Of a stretch of DNA of 64,000 nucleotides, positions 54,547 to 64,000 are shown piece by piece. The first letter of the stretch is position 1; every line of letters begins with the position of its first letter. The position numbers were made by a program, and so were the translations under genes. Below the pieces are notes generated by a model. That model was not told the DNA's origin. It saw nothing but the letters and a program-made list of their open reading frames with translations, and did no database searches. Origin of the DNA: Klebsiella pneumoniae (GTDB taxonomy: Bacteria; Desulfobacterota; Binatia; Bin18). Location of the stretch: positions 1 to 64,000 of the forward strand of contig CAMBFS010000003.1 of NCBI GenBank assembly GCA_945865755.1, given 5' to 3'.

Positions 54547-55530
54547 ATGGCTATTACACTGACACAACTGTTGGACAAGATGTTCGCCGGTGATGAGGTC
54601 GCGTTGGCCCGCCTGATGACGTTAATGGAACGGGAAGGCAAAGAGGTCGGCCCCATTCTGGAAGCGCTGGCCCCACGGCTGGGGAAAGCCTTCACCATTG
54701 GGATCACCGGCCCGCCTGGAGCGGGCAAGTCGAGTTTAGTGGACCACCTCGCCGCGCTCATGCGGAAGGCGGGCAAAACAGTCGGCGTGGTGGCGATTGA
54801 TCCCTCCAGTCCGTTCACCGGCGGTGCGTTGTTGGGCGACCGCATCCGCATGTCCCAACATTATCTCGATAAGGGCGTCTTTATCCGCAGCATGGCCACC
54901 CGCGGAAGCCACGGCGGACTCGCCCGCGCCACCAAGGATGTCATCAAGCTGCTCGACGCCTTTGGGCGCGATTATGTGCTCGTGGAGACCGTCGGCGTCG
55001 GTCAGACCGAACTGGATGTCATGGGGACGACGGACACGGTCTTGGTCGCGGTCGTCCCGGAAGCGGGTGACGGGGTGCAGGTGATGAAAGCCGGGTTGAT
55101 GGAAATCGCCGACATCTTCGTGGTGAACAAAGCGGATCGTGATGGCGCGGCGCGGATGCAGACCGAACTGAGCCTCATGCTCGAACTCAAATATAGTAAT
55201 CGCCCCACATCCGAAGCCGACCGACCACAATGGCGCATTCCGGTGCTCCCCACGCAAGCGCTCACCGGAGTGGGGCTCAAGGAGCTGTTCCAAGCGATCG
55301 AGACGCATCATCAGTTCCTCACTGACAGTGGGGAATTGATCCGGCGACGGAAAGAGCGACGCCGCGAGGAATTGCTGTGGCGGGTTGAGTACGAAGTCCG
55401 ACGACGCCTCACGATCAAATCCCGCACGGACGCCGCCTTCGCCCATTTCCTGGAGGAAGTCAGCGAGGGCAAAATTGATCCGCAGACCGCGTCAACGAAA
55501 ATTCTCGAAAGCTCGGTGCTGAGGGAATGA
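54547..55530 (+). CDS. meaB: methylmalonyl-CoA mutase-associated GTPase MeaB (ArgK family)
   Basis: GITGPPGAGKSSL P-loop and MeaB-typical …VNKADRDGA…. Confidence 0.9.
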   Translation: MAITLTQLLDKMFAGDEVALARLMTLMEREGKEVGPILEALAPRLGKAFTIGITGPPGAGKSSLVDHLAALMRKAGKTVGVVAIDPSSPFTGGALLGDRIRMSQHYLDKGVFIRSMATRGSHGGLARATKDVIKLLDAFGRDYVLVETVGVGQTELDVMGTTDTVLVAVVPEAGDGVQVMKAGLMEIADIFVVNKADRDGAARMQTELSLMLELKYSNRPTSEADRPQWRIPVLPTQALTGVGLKELFQAIETHHQFLTDSGELIRRRKERRREELLWRVEYEVRRRLTIKSRTDAAFAHFLEEVSEGKIDPQTASTKILESSVLRE

Positions 55531-55579
55531 AGAATGAAGAATTCAAAATGAAGAATTTTAGGAATAGGGAGGATTCGCG

Positions 55580-56674
55580 ATGAAAGCAGCCGTCTTGTAC
55601 GAACTGAAAACCCCATTGAAAGTCGAAGATGTCGATCTCGATAACCCCAAGAGTGGTGAGGTCCGCGTCAAAGTAGTCGCTAACGGCGTGTGCCACAGCG
55701 ACTACTCGGTCATTCATGGCGTATTGCGTTCCCCGTTGCCGGTGGTGCCTGGGCACGAGGGCGCGGGGATTGTCGAGGAGATTGGACCTGGCGTGACGAT
55801 GGTCAAACCTGGCGATCACGTCGTGTTATCGTTCGCTCCCTACTGTGGCCATTGCTTTTACTGCTCGGTTGGCAGCCCGGTGCTGTGCGACAACATGCGC
55901 ATGACGATGGGCAAAGGGACGCTGCTGGATGGGACCACGCGGCTCAAGAAGAACGGCAAACCGATTCATCACATGGCGGGCCTGTCGAGCTTCGCGCAGT
56001 ATGTTGTGGTCGCGGAATCGTCCTGTATCAAAATAGCCAACGATGTACCGCTGGAAAAAGCCTGTTTGGTGGGCTGTGCGGTAATGACCGGCGTGGGCGC
56101 GGCCATCAATACCGCCAAGGTGCAACCGGGCACGAGCTGCGTGGTCATCGGCTGCGGCGGTGTCGGGCTGAATACGATTCAAGGTTGCGGGTTGGCCGGC
56201 GCGGCGACGATCATCGGTGTTGATCTCATGGACAGCAAGCTGGAGTACGCGAAACAGTTTGGCGCGACCCATACGATCAATCCCGGCAAACAAGATTTAG
56301 TCAAGACCGTGCGAAGCCTGACCGAAGGGCGCGGCGCCGATTACGCCTTTGAGGTGATTGGGCTCGGGAAAACCATTGAGCAAGCCTATGCCTGCTCGCG
56401 CCAAGGTGGGACGACCATCGTGGTTGGCGCTCCATCACGCGAGGACACGGTTACGATTCCCGCGTCGAGTCTGTTGACGGAAAAGATCATCAAGGGGTCA
56501 GTGTATGGCTCCTGCCATCCGCACGTGGACATGCCGCGACTGATTGATCTGTACATGAAGAAGAAACTCAAGATTGATGAGCTGGTGTCCCGGACGTATA
56601 CGCTTGATGAAGTCAACGTGGCGATGACGGCGCTCGAAAAAGGCGAAGTCGCGCGGAGCGTGGTGGTGATGTAG
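55580..56674 (+). CDS. zinc-dependent alcohol dehydrogenase (MDR superfamily)
   Basis: GVCHSDYSV catalytic-Zn motif, structural-Zn Cys cluster, GxGxxG Rossmann. Confidence 0.9.
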   Translation: MKAAVLYELKTPLKVEDVDLDNPKSGEVRVKVVANGVCHSDYSVIHGVLRSPLPVVPGHEGAGIVEEIGPGVTMVKPGDHVVLSFAPYCGHCFYCSVGSPVLCDNMRMTMGKGTLLDGTTRLKKNGKPIHHMAGLSSFAQYVVVAESSCIKIANDVPLEKACLVGCAVMTGVGAAINTAKVQPGTSCVVIGCGGVGLNTIQGCGLAGAATIIGVDLMDSKLEYAKQFGATHTINPGKQDLVKTVRSLTEGRGADYAFEVIGLGKTIEQAYACSRQGGTTIVVGAPSREDTVTIPASSLLTEKIIKGSVYGSCHPHVDMPRLIDLYMKKKLKIDELVSRTYTLDEVNVAMTALEKGEVARSVVVM

Positions 56675-56701
56675 GGGGCGGAAGGGAGCGAAGTTGACGA
56701 G

Positions 56702-58024
56702 ATGAATAGTTTTAGCCAGCTCGACCTTTTTGGAGGTCCCCGCTTTCTCCTCGACCGAGAAAGAGCCCCCACACAACGGCAGGAAAGCCGGTCCGGTACG
56801 TTTACCGATAACATGCGATTACCAATCCATCGCTGGTTTCGGTATTCCGCTGGATTCTCCGCCGAATGGGTGGAACAGACGATCAAGGATTTTCCATCAT
56901 CGAAGCCGCCAGTGGTGCTTGATCCGTTCGCCGGGTCAGGCACGACACTCCTTGCGGCGGAGAAAGCGGGCGCTGTCGTACATGGATACGAGAGCCACCC
57001 ATTTGTTTATCGCATCGCCGCCGCGAAGTTATTGTGGCACCTTGACGAACAGCGCTTGCTGAAGGACGCGACGCTCTTTCTCAGTCGAGCGAAAGCAAGA
57101 AAGCCGCGCGTCCCCCCCCAACTTTCGGACCTCCTGACCAAGTGTTTTACTCCGGAAACGATTGAGCGGCTTATTGCCTTGCGAGACTGCTACGTGGAGA
57201 CTCGACAAGACTCCGCCGAGTGGCAGCTCATCTGGCTTGCGATGACCGCTATCCTGCGCTCGTGTAGTCACGTCGGCACCGCCCAATGGCAGTACGTTCT
57301 GCCCAATAAACGGAAAGCGACTTTCCTTGATCCTTTTCATGCGTTTGAGGCCAAAGTCTCGGAGCTGATCGCCGACATGGATTTCGCGAAACGGGCGGGA
57401 TTCCGCCAAACGGCCACGATGTCTTTACAGGATGCGAGGGAACCCGCTCCGATTGCCGCTCACTCTGTCGACTTGGTTATCACCTCACCGCCATACCCGA
57501 ATAACTATGATTACGCCGATGCGACACGACTGGAGATGACCTTTTGGGGGGAGGTTTCTTCCTGGGGCGACCTCCAACACGCGGTACGGCGGTTCATTAT
57601 TCGGTCGTGTTCTCAGCATACCGCCGCCGAACGGGCCAATCTCGCGGAGCTGCTGGAAGATGTGTCCCTCGCGCCAATTCGGGGAGAGTTGGCCACCGTG
57701 TGTGGCCAACTGGAAACCATCAGGATGACGAAAGGAGGAAAAAAGACCTACCACACGATGGTGGCCGCGTATTTCGTGGATATGGCGAAGATACTGAGGC
57801 AACTCCGTGCGGCCTGCAAACCCGGAGCGCAACTGTGCTTCGTGGTCGGCGACTCCGCTCCTTATGGGATCTATGTGCCAGCCGATGTTTGGCTCGGTCG
57901 TCTTGCGGTCGCCGCGGGGTTTGAGACCTTCTCGTTTGAGAAGGTCAGAGATCGGAACGTGAAGTGGAAGAACCGCAAACATCGAGTTCCGCTTCATGAA
58001 GGCCGCCTATGGATCAAGGGCTAA
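56702..58024 (+). CDS. DNA methyltransferase (N4-C/N6-A class; SAM motif I LDPFAGSGTT, catalytic SPPY)
   Basis: motif I at ~aa 72 and SPPY at ~aa 262; 440 aa. Confidence 0.65.
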   Translation: MNSFSQLDLFGGPRFLLDRERAPTQRQESRSGTFTDNMRLPIHRWFRYSAGFSAEWVEQTIKDFPSSKPPVVLDPFAGSGTTLLAAEKAGAVVHGYESHPFVYRIAAAKLLWHLDEQRLLKDATLFLSRAKARKPRVPPQLSDLLTKCFTPETIERLIALRDCYVETRQDSAEWQLIWLAMTAILRSCSHVGTAQWQYVLPNKRKATFLDPFHAFEAKVSELIADMDFAKRAGFRQTATMSLQDAREPAPIAAHSVDLVITSPPYPNNYDYADATRLEMTFWGEVSSWGDLQHAVRRFIIRSCSQHTAAERANLAELLEDVSLAPIRGELATVCGQLETIRMTKGGKKTYHTMVAAYFVDMAKILRQLRAACKPGAQLCFVVGDSAPYGIYVPADVWLGRLAVAAGFETFSFEKVRDRNVKWKNRKHRVPLHEGRLWIKG

Positions 58025-58030
58025 CCACAA

Positions 58031-58912
58031 GTGGCAGGTTCGCCCTCGCATAAGTTTGGACAAATTATCGGAGACCTCCTTGAGGAGATCATCGGTCCGC
58101 AACTCCAAGACTTTTGCGATCAACGAGGTCTCTATCTCGATAGCAAAGGCGAACGAGGGGCAGCCCGTGAGGGGAAGAAGGTCAGTTGGCAAGACAAGTT
58201 TGGCAACGCTCACGATCTCGATTTTGTGATTGAGAAAGGCGGGACCAAGGAAAAACGGGGTCGCCCCTTGGCTTTTATAGAAGCGGCATGGCGACGTTAC
58301 ACAAAACACTCAAGGAATAAAGCCCAGGAGATTCAAGGCGCTATCCTCCCCGTTGCCGAAAGGTACGCATGGGACAAACCCTTCCTTGGTGCGATCCTGG
58401 CGGGAGTCTTCACGGAAGGCGCTTTGACGCAAATGCGCTCTTCCGGATTTGAGGTCACATTATTTCCATACAGTAGCCTTGTCGAAGCGTTTGCCTCCAT
58501 CGGGCTCAATGCCGCGTTTGACGAAGAAACCCCAGATGCCGATTTCAAGAAAACAATCAAAAAAATCGAGAGGCTCACTCGCCAAAAAAGAGCTGCCCTC
58601 AAGCAGCATCTTATCCGCGGTAACCAAGCATTGATGGATCGATTTTTCACGGAGCTGCAAGCCACGCTCGACCGAACAGTCGACCGGGTTATCGTGATTC
58701 CACTCCACGGCCACCAGAGCGAGTTCACAAGCATGGAAGAGGCGGTCAGTTTCATCCGAGGATATGATGAAGTTACACCACGGCATGGTGTATTCCGGGA
58801 ATACGAAGTCATTGTCCGATATAGCAACGGCGATGAGATCGAAGCTGTTTTCAAGGACAAACAGCAAGCACTTGGTTTCCTGCACTATGTGTCAGGCACC
58901 GAAACGGTCTAA
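58031..58912 (+). CDS. hypothetical protein, candidate restriction endonuclease partner (contains …AHDLDFVIEKGG… acidic/Lys segment)
   Basis: 6-bp spacing after methyltransferase; no family match I can name; PD-(D/E)xK assignment tentative. Confidence 0.3.
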   Translation: MAGSPSHKFGQIIGDLLEEIIGPQLQDFCDQRGLYLDSKGERGAAREGKKVSWQDKFGNAHDLDFVIEKGGTKEKRGRPLAFIEAAWRRYTKHSRNKAQEIQGAILPVAERYAWDKPFLGAILAGVFTEGALTQMRSSGFEVTLFPYSSLVEAFASIGLNAAFDEETPDADFKKTIKKIERLTRQKRAALKQHLIRGNQALMDRFFTELQATLDRTVDRVIVIPLHGHQSEFTSMEEAVSFIRGYDEVTPRHGVFREYEVIVRYSNGDEIEAVFKDKQQALGFLHYVSGTETV

Positions 58913-59039
58913 CCCACAGCGCGAAGGACGACCGCCGCCCGATTGCGGTTCGGGGTGAATGCGCCCAGGATTCGGTTGAATGGCAAACAGCGACTGAGCG
59001 TGTTAAGCCCTTGACCACTATGCGCCTGGTCTGCCTTAA

Positions 59040-59595
<556 letters not shown>

Positions 59596-59676
59596 TCTGG
59601 CCCCATAAGCACTGACGAGGCCACACGGCGAGAGAAAGACGGAAACCTATCTTGAATCGCCAACTCAGGAGGAAAC

Positions 59677-60477
59677 ATGCTCCAACAAGCCATAGACTTT
59701 CGCGAGGAAAGTGACGCACTCTTCGCGCTCCTTGATCCGTTAGTGGATCAGGACTGGGACCGAAAAACCCAATTCAAGGAGTGGACGATGCACGATGTGG
59801 TCGCGCACCTTCATTTTGGCAACTATCTCGCCGATTTGTCACTGCGAGATAGCGATGCCTTCACGGCGTTCCTGCGGCGCTGGATGGAGGAAATCAAACA
59901 ACGCGGTACCAATAGAGCGGCGACCAACGCCTGGCTTGATGGCACCAAGAACCGCGCCCTGTTACAGCGCTGGCGTGAGTTCTACCAGGAGATGACCGAG
60001 CGATTCCTTGTCGCCGATCCGAAAAAGCGCGTCAAATGGGCGGGTCCTGACATGAGCGTGCGCTCCAGTATTACCGCCCGACTCATGGAAACCTGGGCGC
60101 ATGGCCAAGCCGTTTACGATCTACTTGGCCAAGTGCGCAACGAAGAAGATCGTATCCAAAACATCGCCGTCTTGGGGGTCAACACCTTTGGTTGGACGTT
60201 TACCAATCGGGGTCAACCCGTGCCGACCGATCCACCGTACCTCCGACTGACGGCGCCATCAGGAGCAATTTGGGAGTGGAACCTCCCGGCGCAATCAGAG
60301 AACCGGATCGAGGGGAAAGCCGCTGAATTCTGTCAGGTCGTGACTCAGGTACGGAACATCGCTGATACCACATTGCAAGTGACGGGTGCGACGGCGACCA
60401 CGTGGATGTCCATTGCCCAGTGTTTCGCTGGGCCACCGGAAAATCCGCCAGCACCGGGCAAGCGATTTCGGCAATAA
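59677..60477 (+). CDS. maleylpyruvate-isomerase N-terminal (DinB_2) domain protein, TIGR03084-like
   Basis: N-terminal …WTMHDVVAHL… metal-binding His pattern; 266 aa. Confidence 0.55.
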   Translation: MLQQAIDFREESDALFALLDPLVDQDWDRKTQFKEWTMHDVVAHLHFGNYLADLSLRDSDAFTAFLRRWMEEIKQRGTNRAATNAWLDGTKNRALLQRWREFYQEMTERFLVADPKKRVKWAGPDMSVRSSITARLMETWAHGQAVYDLLGQVRNEEDRIQNIAVLGVNTFGWTFTNRGQPVPTDPPYLRLTAPSGAIWEWNLPAQSENRIEGKAAEFCQVVTQVRNIADTTLQVTGATATTWMSIAQCFAGPPENPPAPGKRFRQ

Positions 60478-60495
60478 ATAAGGAAGGGATCACTT

Positions 60496-60541
60496 CAATC
60501 CCCCTCACCCTAGCCCTCTCCCAGCCGGGAGAGGGAATTTT
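60496..60541. repeat. R1 REP-like palindromic element, intact copy in reverse orientation
   Basis: CCCCCTCACCCTAGCCCTCTCCCAGCCGGGAGAGGGAATTT = reverse complement of 45478..45521. Confidence 0.65.
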
Positions 60542-60678
60542 CGGAGCCCTCGAACTTCATACCATTGCCCAGCCGAGAGAGGGCCTTTCGGACTCCACAC
60601 GCTGAGTCCCGTTGCCCTCTCCGAGACTGGCCTGAGACTTGTCCTAGACTTGTTTGGGACTGGCCTGAGACTATCTCC

Positions 60679-61608
60679 CTATCCGCGCGGATGGAACTTT
60701 TTGTGCACTTCGCGCAGCCGTTCACTGGTGAGATGCGTATAAATCTGCGTCGTGGTGATATCCACATGTCCGAGCATCGCTTGGACGGCACGGAGGTCCG
60801 CGCCGCCGTCGAGGAGGTGCGTGGCGAACGCATGGCGCATGGCGTGCGGGTTGAATTTACCGCCTTCCGGGCTTTGCAGCGCGTAGTCCCTCAACAGTTT
60901 CCAAAAGGTCTGGCGGGAGAGTGGCTTGGCCACGCGTGAGAGAAAGACATACGCGCTGGTCCGCCCTTTCAATAATTGTGGCCTCGCCGCCGAGAAATAC
61001 TGCTCCAATTTGTCCTTCGCGCTCGACCCTACCGGCACCACCCGTTCCCGTCCCCCTTTGCCCCGCACCCGCACGAACCCCGCTTCGAGATGGAGTTGCT
61101 TGACCTCCAGCCCCACGAGTTCCGACACGCGCAATCCCGTCGCATAGAGCAATTCTAGCATCGCATGATCGCGGACCCCGGTCGGTGTGGATTCATCTGG
61201 CCGGTCCAACACGGCATCGACTTGCTGACGCGACGGGACTTGCGGCAGGTGTCGTCCAATCTTTGGTAAGAGTAAGTGAGAAGTTGGGTTACTGCCCGGC
61301 AGTGCCTCTTCTCGTTCGAGAAAGCGGTAGAACCGTCGCAGGGTCGTTAGGATGCGGGATTGACTCCGGGCGGAGAGTCCACGATCTCGTAACGTGCCAA
61401 GGAATCCCACCAGGTGGCGAGACCCGGCGGTCCGCAGTGTCGGTTCCGCCTGGGTCGCCATATAGCGACAGAACTCGGCGAGATCCCGGTAATAGGCTTC
61501 AATGGTGTTCCGCGAGAGTCCACGCTCGACGGTAAGATACGCGAGAAACTGGTCTACTTGCGTATCGTGCGCGGATGGCGAAGAGCCTGGCGATTGTTGA
61601 TCCCTCAT
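60679..61608 (-). CDS. xerD: site-specific tyrosine recombinase XerD
   Basis: …RDHAMLELLYATGLRVSELVGL…HAMRHAFATHLLDGGADLRAVQAMLGHVDITTTQIYTHLTSERLREVHKKFHPRG closely tracks E. coli XerD including C-terminal tail. Confidence 0.8.
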   Translation of the reverse strand: MRDQQSPGSSPSAHDTQVDQFLAYLTVERGLSRNTIEAYYRDLAEFCRYMATQAEPTLRTAGSRHLVGFLGTLRDRGLSARSQSRILTTLRRFYRFLEREEALPGSNPTSHLLLPKIGRHLPQVPSRQQVDAVLDRPDESTPTGVRDHAMLELLYATGLRVSELVGLEVKQLHLEAGFVRVRGKGGRERVVPVGSSAKDKLEQYFSAARPQLLKGRTSAYVFLSRVAKPLSRQTFWKLLRDYALQSPEGGKFNPHAMRHAFATHLLDGGADLRAVQAMLGHVDITTTQIYTHLTSERLREVHKKFHPRG

Positions 61609-63968
61609 TACGCGGCTCCCCGAACAACCTGGAGCTGCTCACGCAGTTGACCCGCAAGCTGGTCCGGGTTGGCGACTTTCCCACCGTTGCGCTCCGTCAC
61701 ATAAAAGACGTCCAACACATGGTCCACATTCGTGTTGATCTTGGCCAAGTGAATCACCAGTCCCAGCGTGAACAGCGTATGGGTCACCGAGAAGAGCAGT
61801 CCCATGCGATCCGGCGCGGTAATGTCGATCACGGTGTAATTGGCGGAACTGGTGTTATCGACTTCCACGTCCGTGCCATAGCGGGATGCGCGCTTATGGA
61901 GAAAGGGTGAGGAGCGGTTTGAGCGGACAAGATCTTCGAGCGTCCGTTTTCCGCGCAGCACCTCCTCTAGGCGCGCATAAATCAGCGTCCACGTATCGGC
62001 ATCCAGCACCATTTCTTGTCGGTCGGCATGCGAAATCTGGAAGACATCCAACGCCAGCCCGTCGTGACTGGTGGTGATCCGCGCTCCGCCAATACTCAAT
62101 CCCGCAGTGGCGAGGACGCCGGTGAGCATCGCAAACAGACCAGGGCGGTCCTGCGTCACGATCGTCAACTCGCTGTATTCCCGTTCGGGGAAATGGAGCA
62201 GCGTGGCCCGGTAGGGCTCGGCGCTGCCATTCTCGGATTGGGTGAAGCGGGTCACAAGCTGAAAATGACGGGGAATCGCTTCCTCTGGTGTCGATAACAA
62301 ATAGCTCTCTGGCATCGCGCCGAGAAACGTGGAGATGGCGTCGGGGGAAGCCGTGGCGCGCAGCGCGTGGAGCAGCCGATCCTTGCGACGAGCGAGTCGC
62401 GCGTCACGGTTCTCCTCGATCGGCTCACCAGTTTCAAGCCATTCGAGGGTGCGCAGATAGAGTTCATCAAGCAGCCCCCCTTTCCACGGATTCCAGACCT
62501 TGGGGCCGACCGCTTTCATGTCGGCGAAGGTCAAGAGATAGAGCTTCTTGAGCAGCGCGGGGGTTTCCACCATGCGGGCAAATTCCGCGATCACGGTTTC
62601 GTCGGAGAGGTCCTTCCGTTGAGCGATAGCGGACATGTGTAAATGGTGTTGGACGAGGAAGTGCCATTCATACGCCTCGTCTTGCGGCAGTTGCCAGCGC
62701 GCCGCGGTGGCTTGGGTCATCGCGGCGCCTCGTTTATCATGGTCATGGCCGTGGCCTTTGCCGACATCGTGGTAGAGCATGGAGAGGAACAGAAATTCAA
62801 TTTTATCAATTTCGCGAATGACCTGCGTTAACAGCGGATGGTCCGCTTTATACTCGCCATTGCGCAACCGCTCTAGTTCGACGATGCCACGCAACGAGTG
62901 CTCATCGACCGTGAAGAAATGGTACATGTCGCGTTGCGTTTGCCAGCGCAGCCGACCAAATTCCGGTAAGAGCCAGCCGAGCACGCCCAGATTGTGCATG
63001 GTCGTGAGAGTGGAGGACACTCGCTGCTTCCAAGCGAGGACGGCAAAGAGCGCCGCACGTGCTTCTGGCGTATCACCCAAGGCTGGGGGCAGTTGTTGAA
63101 CGTGGTCCGCGAGTAGACGTTGCGTGTCACGCGCGATCCGCACCTCATGCCGTTGCGCATCGTGAAAAACGGTAATGGTATTGAGCGGGTCTGTCGTCAG
63201 GATTGCGGCATCTGACACGACCAAGGTGCCATCAAGAATACGTACGCCGTTACGGATTTCTCGTCCTCCTGGCCGACTGAAAAACCCAGAGAACCGTGGA
63301 GTGGGTCGGCACCGTTCAAGCAGGACCTCCGAGAAGGTGGAGATCGTCGTCGCGTGGCGATAGTATTCCCGCATAAAGCTGGGGACAGTGGCGAAGCCTA
63401 ACGCGGGAGCAAGGGTATCCTGCCGCTCAAAGGTGAGCAGGTCTTGCTCCGCGTGCTCGGACAGATGCAGGGCATTGCGGACCCACCACAGAAAATCGCG
63501 CGCGGCTTCCACTTCCTTGAGCGTGGCGGCCGCGAGCACTCCTTTGGGAATGAGTTCGCGGAAGTCGCGAATTTTGAACTTCACTTTCGCCAACCACCCG
63601 GCGGTGTGCAAATCGCGGAGTCCGCCTTTGCCTTCCTTGAGGTGGGGCTCCAGAGTGTAAATCGAGTCCCCATAACGCCGATGTCGATCTTGGCTTTCCT
63701 GGGCTTTTTCTTGAAAGAACCGGTCGGCATTTTTATTGACGATCTCTCGCTCCAGCGCGGTGGTAAACTCGCCCACTAATGGTTCATCGCCACATAAATA
63801 GCGGTAGTCGATCAAGGAGGTTTTGACCTGGAAGTCTTGGTTGGCCAGACGGACGCATTCCCGGATGTTCCGCACGGCATGCCCCACCACGAATCCGGCG
63901 TCAAGCAAGCTATAATAGAGAGTCTCACAGATGGTTTCGACGTAAGGCGTGATTTTCCAGTGGTACAA
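61608..63968 (-). CDS. glnD: [protein-PII] uridylyltransferase/uridylyl-removing enzyme GlnD (3' portion; N-terminus probably beyond window end)
   Basis: HD domain (…LYHDVGKGHGHDHDKRGA…) and two C-terminal ACT domains; first in-window Met at 63968 but the nucleotidyltransferase domain is missing, so the gene likely continues past 64000. Confidence 0.8.
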   Translation of the reverse strand: MYHWKITPYVETICETLYYSLLDAGFVVGHAVRNIRECVRLANQDFQVKTSLIDYRYLCGDEPLVGEFTTALEREIVNKNADRFFQEKAQESQDRHRRYGDSIYTLEPHLKEGKGGLRDLHTAGWLAKVKFKIRDFRELIPKGVLAAATLKEVEAARDFLWWVRNALHLSEHAEQDLLTFERQDTLAPALGFATVPSFMREYYRHATTISTFSEVLLERCRPTPRFSGFFSRPGGREIRNGVRILDGTLVVSDAAILTTDPLNTITVFHDAQRHEVRIARDTQRLLADHVQQLPPALGDTPEARAALFAVLAWKQRVSSTLTTMHNLGVLGWLLPEFGRLRWQTQRDMYHFFTVDEHSLRGIVELERLRNGEYKADHPLLTQVIREIDKIEFLFLSMLYHDVGKGHGHDHDKRGAAMTQATAARWQLPQDEAYEWHFLVQHHLHMSAIAQRKDLSDETVIAEFARMVETPALLKKLYLLTFADMKAVGPKVWNPWKGGLLDELYLRTLEWLETGEPIEENRDARLARRKDRLLHALRATASPDAISTFLGAMPESYLLSTPEEAIPRHFQLVTRFTQSENGSAEPYRATLLHFPEREYSELTIVTQDRPGLFAMLTGVLATAGLSIGGARITTSHDGLALDVFQISHADRQEMVLDADTWTLIYARLEEVLRGKRTLEDLVRSNRSSPFLHKRASRYGTDVEVDNTSSANYTVIDITAPDRMGLLFSVTHTLFTLGLVIHLAKINTNVDHVLDVFYVTERNGGKVANPDQLAGQLREQLQVVRGAA

Positions 63969-64000
63969 GAAGAGCAGATCGATGTCGGAATAGGGGTTCA

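Noticed and set aside
60679-61608. Tyrosine recombinase as a possible integron integrase or phage integrase marking a mobile island
   Set aside because: The sequence tracks chromosomal XerD closely, including the C-terminal tail. There is no IntI-specific insertion and no attC-like repeats or adjacent phage genes.
61608-61610. One-nucleotide overlap between xerD start and glnD stop as a sign of mis-annotation
   Set aside because: ATGA-type start/stop overlaps are common in compact operons. Both genes are strongly supported by homology.

Overview
High-GC (~60%) bacterial chromosomal segment on both strands, with no rRNA, tRNA, CRISPR array, transposase or prophage detected. Housekeeping genes (eno, ftsB-like, gcvH, pyrF, proS, meaB, xerD, 3' end of glnD) are interleaved with accessory genes. 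The accessory genes are: three CoA-transferase family III paralogs; three luciferase-like (LLM, likely F420-dependent) oxidoreductases, one co-operonic with a ferredoxin-thioredoxin-reductase catalytic-subunit homolog; amidohydrolase-2, D-2-hydroxyacid dehydrogenase, enoyl-CoA hydratase and Zn-ADH; a Wzm/Wzt-type ABC exporter and an ABC-F ATPase; a XoxF-type (D-Y-D) PQQ dehydrogenase followed by a four-gene cluster of secreted/surface proteins; HemQ/ChdC; an orphan VWA protein; four toxin-antitoxin-like pairs (DUF433/DUF5615, two VapBC, BrnTA); and a DNA methyltransferase with an adjacent uncharacterized protein that may be a restriction-modification pair. The most striking content has two parts. 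(1) Three large regulators combining an OmpR-type winged helix, a STAND/NB-ARC ATPase and TPR repeats. Two are recent mosaic duplicates with a swapped TPR sensor region, and one of those is frameshifted inside a repeat-laden linker. (2) A previously unannotated family of non-coding repeats: a 205-bp MITE-like element with 19-bp terminal inverted repeats and 8-bp target duplications (two full copies and one truncated), which inserts into the loop of a ~40-bp palindromic REP-like element (four copies). There are also heptamer microsatellites in a divergent promoter, hexamer/heptamer expansions inside coding linkers of unrelated genes, and a ~270-bp intergenic region made entirely of inverted 10-bp tandem arrays. 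Gene remnants (SBBP/MopE-like fragment, 5'-truncated FadL-like gene) flank the duplicated regulators.
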